This document shows positions 8,920 to 17,319 of a stretch of 64,000 bases of DNA, piece by piece. A program made the translations under genes and the position numbers. The notes beneath the pieces were generated by a model, which saw only the letters and a list, made by a program, of their open reading frames with translations, was not told the DNA's origin and searched no databases. The DNA comes from an uncultured Oscillospiraceae bacterium (lineage in GTDB: Bacteria > Bacillota > Clostridia > Oscillospirales > Oscillospiraceae): contig CAYJLH010000004.1 of the NCBI GenBank assembly GCA_964370925.1, positions 3,167 through 67,166 on the forward strand. Reading direction: 5' to 3'. Positions within the stretch are counted from its first letter, which is position 1, and each line of letters starts with the position of its first letter.

Positions 8920-8938
8920 ATATTTGAAAGGGGCCATC

Positions 8939-9943
8939 ATGAGTATTTTAGAACAAAAAGACTACACTTCCGCATTATCATTGTATTCAACACAAAAAGC
9001 AATCGGAGCACTGAAGAGGATTTTCGAAGATAACTTGGCTCAAGCTTTAAATCTAACACGAGTTTCAGCTCCTCTTATCGTTGAGCCACACACAGGACTA
9101 AACGATGACCTTAACGGTATCGAGCGTCCAGTTGAATTCGATATTAAAGCAACAGAAACTAATGCACAAATCGTTCACTCTCTTGCAAAATGGAAGAGAA
9201 TGGCACTACATAAATACGGCTTCCCTGTCGGCGAAGGATTATACACAGACATGAACGCAATTCGCCGTGATGAGGACATGGACGCACTTCACTCTATATA
9301 TGTTGACCAATGGGATTGGGAAAAAGTTATTGATTTAGAGACTAGAACTGTGGTAACATTGAAAGATATTGCAACAAAAATCATCAATTCAATTTGCGAT
9401 ACACAGGATAAACTCAAAGCTCTATACCCTGAGCTTAAAACAACACTTACTAAAGAAATCGCTTTTATAACAACTCAAGAGCTTGAGGACATGTACCCAG
9501 AGTTAACATCCAAAGAGCGCGAGAATACATATCTAAAAGAACATAAAACAGCATTTGTTATGCAAATCGGCGACAAACTTAAATCCGGTGAAAAGCATGA
9601 CGGCAGAGCGCCTGACTATGACGACTGGTCACTAAACGGCGACATTCTTTTCTGGAACGAAACTTTGCAACAGGCTTTTGAAGTTTCTTCAATGGGTATC
9701 AGAGTTGACCCCAAGGCAATGGATGAGCAGCTCGCAAAAGCAAACTGTGACGACCGCCGTGAAATGCCTTTCCACAAAGCACTTCTAAATAATGAACTCC
9801 CACTTACAATCGGTGGCGGTATCGGTCAATCAAGACTTTGTATGTTATTACTTGAAAAAGCACACATCGGTGAAGTCCAAGTTTCTATCTGGGACAATAA
9901 AACAAAAGAATCATGCGCAAAAGCAGGAATTATATTACTATAG
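8939..9943 (+). CDS. asnA: aspartate-ammonia ligase (asparagine synthetase A)
   Basis: AsnA pattern (VDQWDWEKVI, SSMGIRVD, GGGIGQSRLCMLLL). Start moved to ATG 8939 (RBS GAAAGGGG), because ORF-track start 8897 lies in the terminator loop. Confidence 0.93.
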   Translation: MSILEQKDYTSALSLYSTQKAIGALKRIFEDNLAQALNLTRVSAPLIVEPHTGLNDDLNGIERPVEFDIKATETNAQIVHSLAKWKRMALHKYGFPVGEGLYTDMNAIRRDEDMDALHSIYVDQWDWEKVIDLETRTVVTLKDIATKIINSICDTQDKLKALYPELKTTLTKEIAFITTQELEDMYPELTSKERENTYLKEHKTAFVMQIGDKLKSGEKHDGRAPDYDDWSLNGDILFWNETLQQAFEVSSMGIRVDPKAMDEQLAKANCDDRREMPFHKALLNNELPLTIGGGIGQSRLCMLLLEKAHIGEVQVSIWDNKTKESCAKAGIILL

Positions 9944-9955
9944 GAGAAGATAATA

Positions 9956-12046
9956 ATGAATAATATTCCTAATATGTTTGGTTGCAAAGTTTTTAACGAT
10001 AATGTTATGCGTACCAGACTTCCAAAAGACGTTTACAAAGCACTTCATAAAACTATTGCTGAAGGAAAACAGCTCGATGTTAAAGTTGCAAATGTTATCG
10101 CCACTGCTATGAAAGAGTGGGCAGTTGAAAACGGCGCAACTCACTACACTCACTGGTTCCAACCCATGACAGGGTCAACCGCTGAAAAGCATGATAGCTT
10201 TATTTCTCCTATTAATAATTGTGAAATTATTATGGAGTTTTCAGGTAAAGAGCTTGTTCGTGGTGAACCCGATGCATCAAGCTTCCCCTCTGGTGGACTT
10301 CGTGCGACTTTCGAAGCTAGAGGATACACAGTCTGGGACACAACTTCTTATGCTTTTATAAAAGACGATTCCCTCTGTATCCCAACAGCTTTCTGCTCAT
10401 ACAGCGGTGAGTCGCTCGACAAAAAAACTCCTCTACTACGTTCTATGGAAGCTATTAACAAGCAAGGTTTGCGTATTATCAAGCTTTTCGGTAATAGCAC
10501 TGCAAAGAGAATTATCACAACAGTTGGTGCTGAACAGGAATATTTTCTCGTAGACAAAGAAGTTTATCTAAAACGCCCCGACCTTATAAACTGCGGTAGA
10601 ACTTTATTCGGCGCTCGCCCTCCCAAGGGTCAAGAGCTTGAAGACCACTACTTCGGTTCTATAAAACCAAGAGTTTCGGCTTATATGAAAGAGCTTGACG
10701 AAGAACTTTGGAAAGTTGGCGTTTTCTCAAAAACAAAACATAACGAGGTTGCTCCGGCTCAACATGAGCTTGCGCCCGTTTTCACAACAACTAACCTAGC
10801 GACTGACCAAAACCAAATCACTATGGCACTTATGAAAGACATCGCCCAAAAGCACGGACTTGTTTGTCTTTTACATGAAAAACCCTTTGCTGGGGTTAAT
10901 GGTAGCGGTAAGCACAATAACTGGGCAATTTCGACAGATACAGGTATTAATCTACTTGAACCAGGTGAAACACCTCATGAAAATGCTCAATTCCTATTGT
11001 TCCTAACTGCAATCATCAAAGCCGTTGACGTTTATCAAGACTTGCTCAGAATTTCTGTTGCAAGTGCCGGAAACGACCACAGACTGGGCGCTAACGAAGC
11101 TCCCCCTGCTATTGTTTCTATCTTCCTCGGCGATGAACTTACTGAAATTTTAGACGCACTAAAAAGTGATTCTGATTACGAAGGTAAAGAGCGTATCCAA
11201 ATGGAAATCGGCACAACCGTTCTTCCTCCGTTCCCAAAAGACACAACAGACCGCAACAGAACTTCACCTTTTGCTTTCACAGGCAATAAGTTTGAGTTCA
11301 GAATGCTCGGTTCTTCAATTTCAATCGCAGGTGCAAACATCATCCTAAACTCTGCTGTTGCAGAAATTTTCGAAGAGTTTGCAGATACACTTGAAAAAGC
11401 AGACGATTTCAAATCGGCTCTTACAAAACTTATTAGAGACACAATCAATAAGCACGACCGTATTATTTTCAACGGAAATAACTACTCTCAGGAGTGGGTT
11501 GAAGAAGCAAAAAGACGTGGTCTATCTAACCTACAGACAACTGTTGACGCTCTTCCAACTTTCCGCAGTGAAGAGAGCAAGAGAATGTTTGCTAATCAAT
11601 GTGTTTTCTCTGGTACAGAAATTGATGCGAGATACGAAATCCTTATGGAGGGCTATTGTAAGACCATACATATTGAGGCTCTCACAATGATTGACCTTAC
11701 TAAAAAGGAAATTTTGGCTTCATCTTTTGAGTATCAATCAGAACTTGTTACACTTTTAAACGGCAAAAAAGCAGTTGGAATTGACACAAGCTCAGAGGAA
11801 GCACTTGTTAAGAAGCTAACAGCTTTGACAAAAGATTTGCTTGCAAAAGTCGATCTACTCGAAACAAATGTCATGAAAGCGTCTGAAACTTCAAATGACA
11901 TTTTAGCTCACGCACAGTATTACAGAAATTCTATTTTCTCTGTCATGAATGAACTTAGACTAGTAGTCGACGAGTTGGAAACCATAGTTGCAAAGAAGCA
12001 CTGGAAATTCCCCTCATACATGGAACTACTATACAGTGTAAACTAG
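9956..12046 (+). CDS. glnN: glutamine synthetase, type III
   Basis: 696 aa, the GSIII length class. Motifs NEVAPAQHELAPVF and NGSGKHNNWAIS. Confidence 0.92.
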   Translation: MNNIPNMFGCKVFNDNVMRTRLPKDVYKALHKTIAEGKQLDVKVANVIATAMKEWAVENGATHYTHWFQPMTGSTAEKHDSFISPINNCEIIMEFSGKELVRGEPDASSFPSGGLRATFEARGYTVWDTTSYAFIKDDSLCIPTAFCSYSGESLDKKTPLLRSMEAINKQGLRIIKLFGNSTAKRIITTVGAEQEYFLVDKEVYLKRPDLINCGRTLFGARPPKGQELEDHYFGSIKPRVSAYMKELDEELWKVGVFSKTKHNEVAPAQHELAPVFTTTNLATDQNQITMALMKDIAQKHGLVCLLHEKPFAGVNGSGKHNNWAISTDTGINLLEPGETPHENAQFLLFLTAIIKAVDVYQDLLRISVASAGNDHRLGANEAPPAIVSIFLGDELTEILDALKSDSDYEGKERIQMEIGTTVLPPFPKDTTDRNRTSPFAFTGNKFEFRMLGSSISIAGANIILNSAVAEIFEEFADTLEKADDFKSALTKLIRDTINKHDRIIFNGNNYSQEWVEEAKRRGLSNLQTTVDALPTFRSEESKRMFANQCVFSGTEIDARYEILMEGYCKTIHIEALTMIDLTKKEILASSFEYQSELVTLLNGKKAVGIDTSSEEALVKKLTALTKDLLAKVDLLETNVMKASETSNDILAHAQYYRNSIFSVMNELRLVVDELETIVAKKHWKFPSYMELLYSVN

Positions 12047-12073
12047 TTTAAATCATACAAAAGAATACAAAAA

Positions 12074-12133
12074 GCACAATGACGTGTATTTTCCGAATTA
12101 ATTTTCGGGAACTACACGTCTAATTTTATTTTT
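12074..12133 (+). terminator. intercistronic terminator/attenuator between glnN and amtB
   Basis: Long hairpin GACGTGTA...TACACGTC (12081-12120) with inner TTCCGAA/TTCGGGAA pairing, then TAATTTTATTTTT. The hexaloop hairpin GCAC-AATGAC-GTGT (12074-12087) overlaps its 5' arm. Confidence 0.65.
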
Positions 12134-12146
12134 GGAGGTATTTATT

Positions 12147-13826
12147 ATGTTCTCAGCAGTTGATACAATTTGGACCTTACTAGCCGCCGCATTGGTTTTT
12201 TTCATGCAGGCTGGATTTGCAATGGTGGAAACAGGCTTTACAAGAGCAAAAAACGCCGGTAACATCATCATGAAAAACATCATGGACTTTTCACTGGGCA
12301 CTCTTATGTTCTGGCTAATCGGTTTTGGCTTAATGTTTGGCGGTGATGGAGCATTTATCGGTGGTTTCGACCCCTTTATCAGAGGCGATTATAGCTCATC
12401 TATCCCAACATCAGCTTTCGTAATATTTCAAACAGTTTTCTGTGCAACAGCTGCAACCATCGTTTCGGGTGCAATGGCAGAGCGCACAAAATTTTCAACC
12501 TACTGCATGTACAGCGTTATTTTAAGTGCTATTGTCTACCCAATTTCAGGTCACTGGATATGGGGCGGCGGTTGGCTTTCACAGCTAGGATTTCATGATT
12601 TTGCCGGCTCAACAGCCGTCCACATGGTTGGTGGTGTTGCCGCTTTAATCGGCGCAAAAACTCTTGGTCCTCGTATAGGAAAATACACTAAAGACGGAAA
12701 ATCAAAAGCTATCCCAGGGCACAGCTTAACTCTTGGCGCATTGGGCGTTTTCATTCTTTGGTTCTGCTGGTTTGGATTTAACGGTGGTTCAACCGTTTCA
12801 ATGACAGACGGTTCTATAGAAGCAGCATCAAACATTTTTGTAACCACAAACATAGCTGCCGCTGCAGCAACAGCAGTTGTAATGGTCATCACATGGGTTC
12901 GCTACAAAAAACCTGACGTTTCAATGACATTAAACGGCGCTCTTGCCGGTCTTGTTGCAATCACAGCAGGCTGTGACGTAGTCACTCCAGCAGGTGCATT
13001 CGCAATTGGTATTATAGCTGGTTTCGTTGTCGTATTTGGAATCGAATTTGTTGACAAAGTTCTAAAAATTGACGACCCTGTCGGCGCTGTCGGAGTTCAC
13101 GGCATGGCAGGTGCTGTTGGTACTATCTTAGTCGGTGTGTTCGCCGTTGACGGTGGTTTGCTATATGGCGGTGGGTTTGCTTATCTTGGTGTGCAAACTA
13201 TCGGTGTTCTAGCAGTTATCGCTTGGGTTTCTGTCACAATGTCTATCGTTTTCACAGTTCTTAAAAACACTGTTGGACTACGTGTTACACACGCAGAAGA
13301 AATTGCCGGTCTTGACATTGAGGAACATGGACTATCAAGCAGTTACGCAGACTTTATGCCTGTTCCAATGGGAACAAACTTCAAACGCAGTGAAGATATT
13401 GAAGAAATCCCAGTCGCAGCAGTTGACGTTGACGAGGCTGTCCCTGTAATTAACACAGCAAAAGCAGGCACAAAAATGTCTAAAGTCGTTATTGTCACAA
13501 GTCAGACCAAGTTTGAAACGCTTAAAAAAGCCTTAGACGGGCTTGGAATTACAGGTATGACTGTAACTCAAGTTTTGGGTTGCGGTATGCAGAAAGGCTC
13601 TACAGCGCTTTACCGCGGTGTTCCGGTAGAGACAAAACTTCTTCCCAAAATCAAAATCGAGATTGTTATATGCAAGGTACCGCTATTGCTTTTCATTAAC
13701 ACAGTTAAAAAGGCACTATACACTGGCAACATCGGCGATGGAAAAATCTTCATCTATGACGTTGAAAATGTAATTAAAGTCAGCACAGGCGAAGAGGGAT
13801 ATGAAGCTCTTCAAGACATAGTTTAA
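12147..13826 (+). CDS. amtB: ammonium transporter fused to a C-terminal P-II (GlnK/GlnB-like) domain
   Basis: Amt multi-TM core (FAMVETGFTRAKN, HMVGGVAALIGA, DPVGAVGVHG). A ~50-aa linker. P-II domain (MSKVVIVT...GMTVTQVLGCGMQKGSTALYRG...GDGKIFIYDV). One uninterrupted frame. ATG 12147 after GGAGG. Confidence 0.9.
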   Translation: MFSAVDTIWTLLAAALVFFMQAGFAMVETGFTRAKNAGNIIMKNIMDFSLGTLMFWLIGFGLMFGGDGAFIGGFDPFIRGDYSSSIPTSAFVIFQTVFCATAATIVSGAMAERTKFSTYCMYSVILSAIVYPISGHWIWGGGWLSQLGFHDFAGSTAVHMVGGVAALIGAKTLGPRIGKYTKDGKSKAIPGHSLTLGALGVFILWFCWFGFNGGSTVSMTDGSIEAASNIFVTTNIAAAAATAVVMVITWVRYKKPDVSMTLNGALAGLVAITAGCDVVTPAGAFAIGIIAGFVVVFGIEFVDKVLKIDDPVGAVGVHGMAGAVGTILVGVFAVDGGLLYGGGFAYLGVQTIGVLAVIAWVSVTMSIVFTVLKNTVGLRVTHAEEIAGLDIEEHGLSSSYADFMPVPMGTNFKRSEDIEEIPVAAVDVDEAVPVINTAKAGTKMSKVVIVTSQTKFETLKKALDGLGITGMTVTQVLGCGMQKGSTALYRGVPVETKLLPKIKIEIVICKVPLLLFINTVKKALYTGNIGDGKIFIYDVENVIKVSTGEEGYEALQDIV

Positions 13827-13830
13827 ACAT

Positions 13831-13863
13831 AAAATCCGCTCAAATTTCTTTGAGCGGATTTTG
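13831..13863 (+). terminator. rho-independent terminator after amtB
   Basis: AAAATCCGCTCAAA...TTTGAGCGGATTTT. Confidence 0.85.
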
Positions 13864-14047
13864 CTGTAGAAAACATATTTCGGGGGAGCTTGAGGGGGCG
13901 AAGCCCTCCTCAAATTGGATAAACCGATGTCATTTTCATGTGTGTAATGCACGAAAATGAGCCACTAGGCATTATTTTTCGCAGAAAAATAATCATCGGC
14001 AACTTGCTCGAAAAGTCCTAAAGGATTTTTTGGACAAGCTGAAATAA

Positions 14048-15676
14048 CTAAGATTTTGGTATAATACCATACCCATTTGCGAGTGCATAGTCATGAGCAT
14101 ATGTTCCCACATTACAGCGAATATCGACTTCCATTGCACCCATGCTAAAACCTGTGTCCAATCTACCCTCAATGTTGACAACACTATCAGGTAAGTCGAT
14201 TATGATATCTTCTTGTCCACTAAACATGAATGCACTTCTTCCTATTTCTGTAACACCCTCTGGAACTATAATTTCATCAGGGTCTTCCTTTTGGATGATG
14301 ATAACATAATTACTTGCAATTCGTTTGACTTCCGGAAGATAAACTATCTTCTCGCCATACTCAACAACGTAGTGAACAAGGTTGCTGTCACCAATTATCC
14401 ACGAAGTTCTACCGCCGATATAGTTATCATAATACCAAGCACTGTAAACAAATGAATCACCCGTAACATCAGTCAAACTGTTTGGAATGTATAGTTCATG
14501 CAAGGATTCGCACCCAGAAAAAATATCATCACCCGCAGTGGTCATGCCCTCGGGCAAATATGCCGCTTGCAATTTTTCACTGCCATAAAATGCCTCGTCC
14601 GATATTGATTTTAGGTTGGTTGAAAAAGTCACAGTTGTCAAACTGTCATTTTTGTAAAATGAACGCACACCAATTCTCTCGACAGTGTTTGCCATTACAA
14701 CAGTTTCTATGGATTCATTTTCCAAAAATGCAAAGGCATCTATAACTCTAATCCCCTCGGGAATTGTAATATTTTTACTACTTCCGACATATTTAACCAA
14801 GACATCGTTTATTATAACCATTCCATCTTGTGCATCGCCAATCGGATAATCAGAAAAATCGAAAGATGCTATACCTAGCTTCAAGTTTCGCGGAATATCT
14901 TGTAACGCCCAGCCACTGTAAGCCATTTGGTCTGAAAGACTGTCTTCGTTCCAATGGCTAAACGCAAAGTCGCCGACTTCTTCAAGTGTAGATGGCAAAT
15001 CACCAAAAACTATACTATCTTCGTCTGCATCATAACCACTGAAAGCTCGATTTCCTACATATTTCAGACCCTCATTTAATTTGGCATACTCCAAACTATA
15101 GCAACTGAAAAATGCGTAATCGCCTATAGATTCAAGGGTTTCTGGGAAAATTACCGCCGTTATATAGTCATCATAGAATGCATATTCGGGAATGTGTTTT
15201 GCACCCTCAGGGATGACTAAAACTGCATAATCAGGTACTTCCATAGGAATTACATTTCCATTTTCATCGATTTCAGCCGTAAATTGCTCACGGCTTGCAT
15301 ACTCAGACGGAATTCCTGTCTCATCTTCTACAGGCTCTTGTATAGCCACTTCTTCTGAATAATCAACAGTTTCAGATGTAAATATACCCATAATAGACGA
15401 GAAATTGGACATTATAGCAAAAAATGCAATCAAAAATACAATTGAAACTAAAGGATTTCTTTTCTTGCTTTTAGAACCAGCTTTTGTATTTTTCATTCGC
15501 TCTTTTTCCTCAGCTAGTTCTCTTGCTCTTCTTGCCAGTTCTTGAACTTCATCAAAATCTTTTTGTTTTTGGCTTTTTTCTTTTCCAAAATCTACTGTGT
15601 GAAGTCCGCCACAACCTGGGCAAACTCCCTCACTTTTCTTTTCGTTAAAACTTCTTCCACACCAATCGCAATTCAT
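14048..15676 (-). CDS. membrane-anchored BspA-type leucine-rich-repeat protein with N-terminal zinc ribbon
   Basis: CDWCG...CPGCGG, one TM segment, then repeated IPEG..xIgxxAF modules (IPEGVTEIGRSAF, IPEGIRVIDAFAF). Confidence 0.7.
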   Translation of the reverse strand: MNCDWCGRSFNEKKSEGVCPGCGGLHTVDFGKEKSQKQKDFDEVQELARRARELAEEKERMKNTKAGSKSKKRNPLVSIVFLIAFFAIMSNFSSIMGIFTSETVDYSEEVAIQEPVEDETGIPSEYASREQFTAEIDENGNVIPMEVPDYAVLVIPEGAKHIPEYAFYDDYITAVIFPETLESIGDYAFFSCYSLEYAKLNEGLKYVGNRAFSGYDADEDSIVFGDLPSTLEEVGDFAFSHWNEDSLSDQMAYSGWALQDIPRNLKLGIASFDFSDYPIGDAQDGMVIINDVLVKYVGSSKNITIPEGIRVIDAFAFLENESIETVVMANTVERIGVRSFYKNDSLTTVTFSTNLKSISDEAFYGSEKLQAAYLPEGMTTAGDDIFSGCESLHELYIPNSLTDVTGDSFVYSAWYYDNYIGGRTSWIIGDSNLVHYVVEYGEKIVYLPEVKRIASNYVIIIQKEDPDEIIVPEGVTEIGRSAFMFSGQEDIIIDLPDSVVNIEGRLDTGFSMGAMEVDIRCNVGTYAHDYALANGYGIIPKS

Positions 15677-15723
15677 TTAACTTCTCCGTTTTCTTATTTA
15701 AAAATCACTGTTTTACCGAATTT

Positions 15724-15753
15724 GAGTGGATAGGCTAAATTACCTATCCACTC
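15724..15753 (-). terminator. hairpin downstream of the signalling operon
   Basis: GAGTGGATAGG-8 nt-CCTATCCACTC (11-bp perfect stem). No clean U-run on the minus strand. Confidence 0.45.
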
Positions 15754-15759
15754 AATAAT

Positions 15760-17292
15760 TTAAAATTGTGCTATAAATCTGTCTAAAATGACTGCCATTT
15801 CAGCGCGAGTTAGTAGTTTATCAGGAGCTAAAAGTCCCTCGTCAGTACCTTTTACTATGCCAGCGGAAACGGCCCACTGCATAGCCTGAACCGACCAATC
15901 AGGCAGGCTTGAGGCATCCGAAAATTCATCAAGAGTTGCCACTTCAAAATCTTCCATTCCCAAATCAATCCCGTAGCGATATAGGAAAGTTACGCATTGC
16001 GCTCTTGTGAGTGAATCATTTGGCAAAAATCTATCCCCGTCGCCCTGTGCAATTTCTGTAAATGCCGCCCATTTCGCAGCTTTTTCATAGTATGAATTTG
16101 CCTCCAAATCGGAGAAGCTCACGCTTCCATCAATGACAGTATTTGGACGAAGTGCTGTTTCAACTCTTGAGAGCGAGGTAATGAACATCGCACGATTTAC
16201 AGTTGAATTCGGTGAAAATTCACCACCACCTGTGCCATTTACAATTTTATCAGCACTGATTTCAGCAACGGCAGAAGCAAACCAATCACTTGCATTGACA
16301 TCACTAAAAGTAGTATTATTAGCGCTTAAATCTAAAGTGTTAACCATATTAGTGAAGCTATCTGCGATATAAAGTTCGTCGTCTACAAGCGCTAATCCAA
16401 CCGGGTTTACAGGCGATAGACCATCTTCAAATCCACCTGTCAAAATCACCGTTTCAGCTCTGCCATCGACAATTTTTCTAACCGCACCATTTCCACTATC
16501 CGAAATGTACAATTCTCCATCATTTGCTATAACTTCTATAGGAGCAGAGAAAAGTGCATTTTTGCCGTTTATAAATCCGTCAATGCCCTCTGTAGAGCCT
16601 GTCAAAGTTGTAACAACTCCATCTTCAATTGCACAAATGCGGTTATTTTCAGTGTCAGCCACATATAAAATTCCATTTTCGTATTCAAGCCCTGTTGGTG
16701 AATTGAAAAGTGCGTCGTCGACGTCTCCATCTGCCCTACCCGCTTCATTTGGTGTTCCTGCAAAGAGTGTAACTTTGCCGTCAGTGTCCATTTTTCTTAT
16801 AACATGGTTGCCACTGTCAGAAATATACACGTTACCCTCTTCATCAACTGCAAGACCTGTCGGGCGGTTGAATTCAACGTCACGGCGTGTTCCATTGCTG
16901 TAACCCTCGTCACTGCCAGCGATTAGTTCAACTGTTCCATTTTCGAGATTTAGCAGTCTAATTCTATGGTTTTCGCTGTCACTAATTGCGTATCCGTCAC
17001 CATATTCCACAATATCCCAAGGAGAGAAAAATCTCGCCTCTTCAACAGTTCCATCTCTATAACTGCCCGAGGGTGTTCCATCAGCATTAGTAGCTCCAAG
17101 CGCACCGGCAATTACTGTAAACTCACCATTTTCAAGTTGCCAAATTTGATGATTATATGTATCTGTAATAATCATACTCCCATCACTGTCAGCTAAAATT
17201 GACGAAGCCGAAATAGGCGTTTCTGCTGCCAAAGTTGTCACACTTCCGACCAAACCTATGGCAAAAGCAGTGGATAAAATTGTCTTTTTCAT
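15760..17292 (-). CDS. secreted NHL-repeat protein with C-terminal SLH (S-layer homology) domains
   Basis: Signal peptide. NHL-like repeats (SDSGNHVIRKMD, ADTENNRICAI, SDSENHRIRLL). Three SLH-like segments (FSDV..WFA.., FSDL..YYEKAAKWA, FSDA..WSVQAMQWA). Confidence 0.8.
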   Translation of the reverse strand: MKKTILSTAFAIGLVGSVTTLAAETPISASSILADSDGSMIITDTYNHQIWQLENGEFTVIAGALGATNADGTPSGSYRDGTVEEARFFSPWDIVEYGDGYAISDSENHRIRLLNLENGTVELIAGSDEGYSNGTRRDVEFNRPTGLAVDEEGNVYISDSGNHVIRKMDTDGKVTLFAGTPNEAGRADGDVDDALFNSPTGLEYENGILYVADTENNRICAIEDGVVTTLTGSTEGIDGFINGKNALFSAPIEVIANDGELYISDSGNGAVRKIVDGRAETVILTGGFEDGLSPVNPVGLALVDDELYIADSFTNMVNTLDLSANNTTFSDVNASDWFASAVAEISADKIVNGTGGGEFSPNSTVNRAMFITSLSRVETALRPNTVIDGSVSFSDLEANSYYEKAAKWAAFTEIAQGDGDRFLPNDSLTRAQCVTFLYRYGIDLGMEDFEVATLDEFSDASSLPDWSVQAMQWAVSAGIVKGTDEGLLAPDKLLTRAEMAVILDRFIAQF

Positions 17293-17319
17293 TTCTATAT
17301 CTCCTAACTACCTTTTGTA

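Noticed and set aside
8897-8938. 14-codon N-terminal extension of asnA starting in the terminator loop
   Set aside because: ATG 8939 has a proper RBS and a typical AsnA N-terminus. The upstream ATG is buried in a 12-bp stem-loop.
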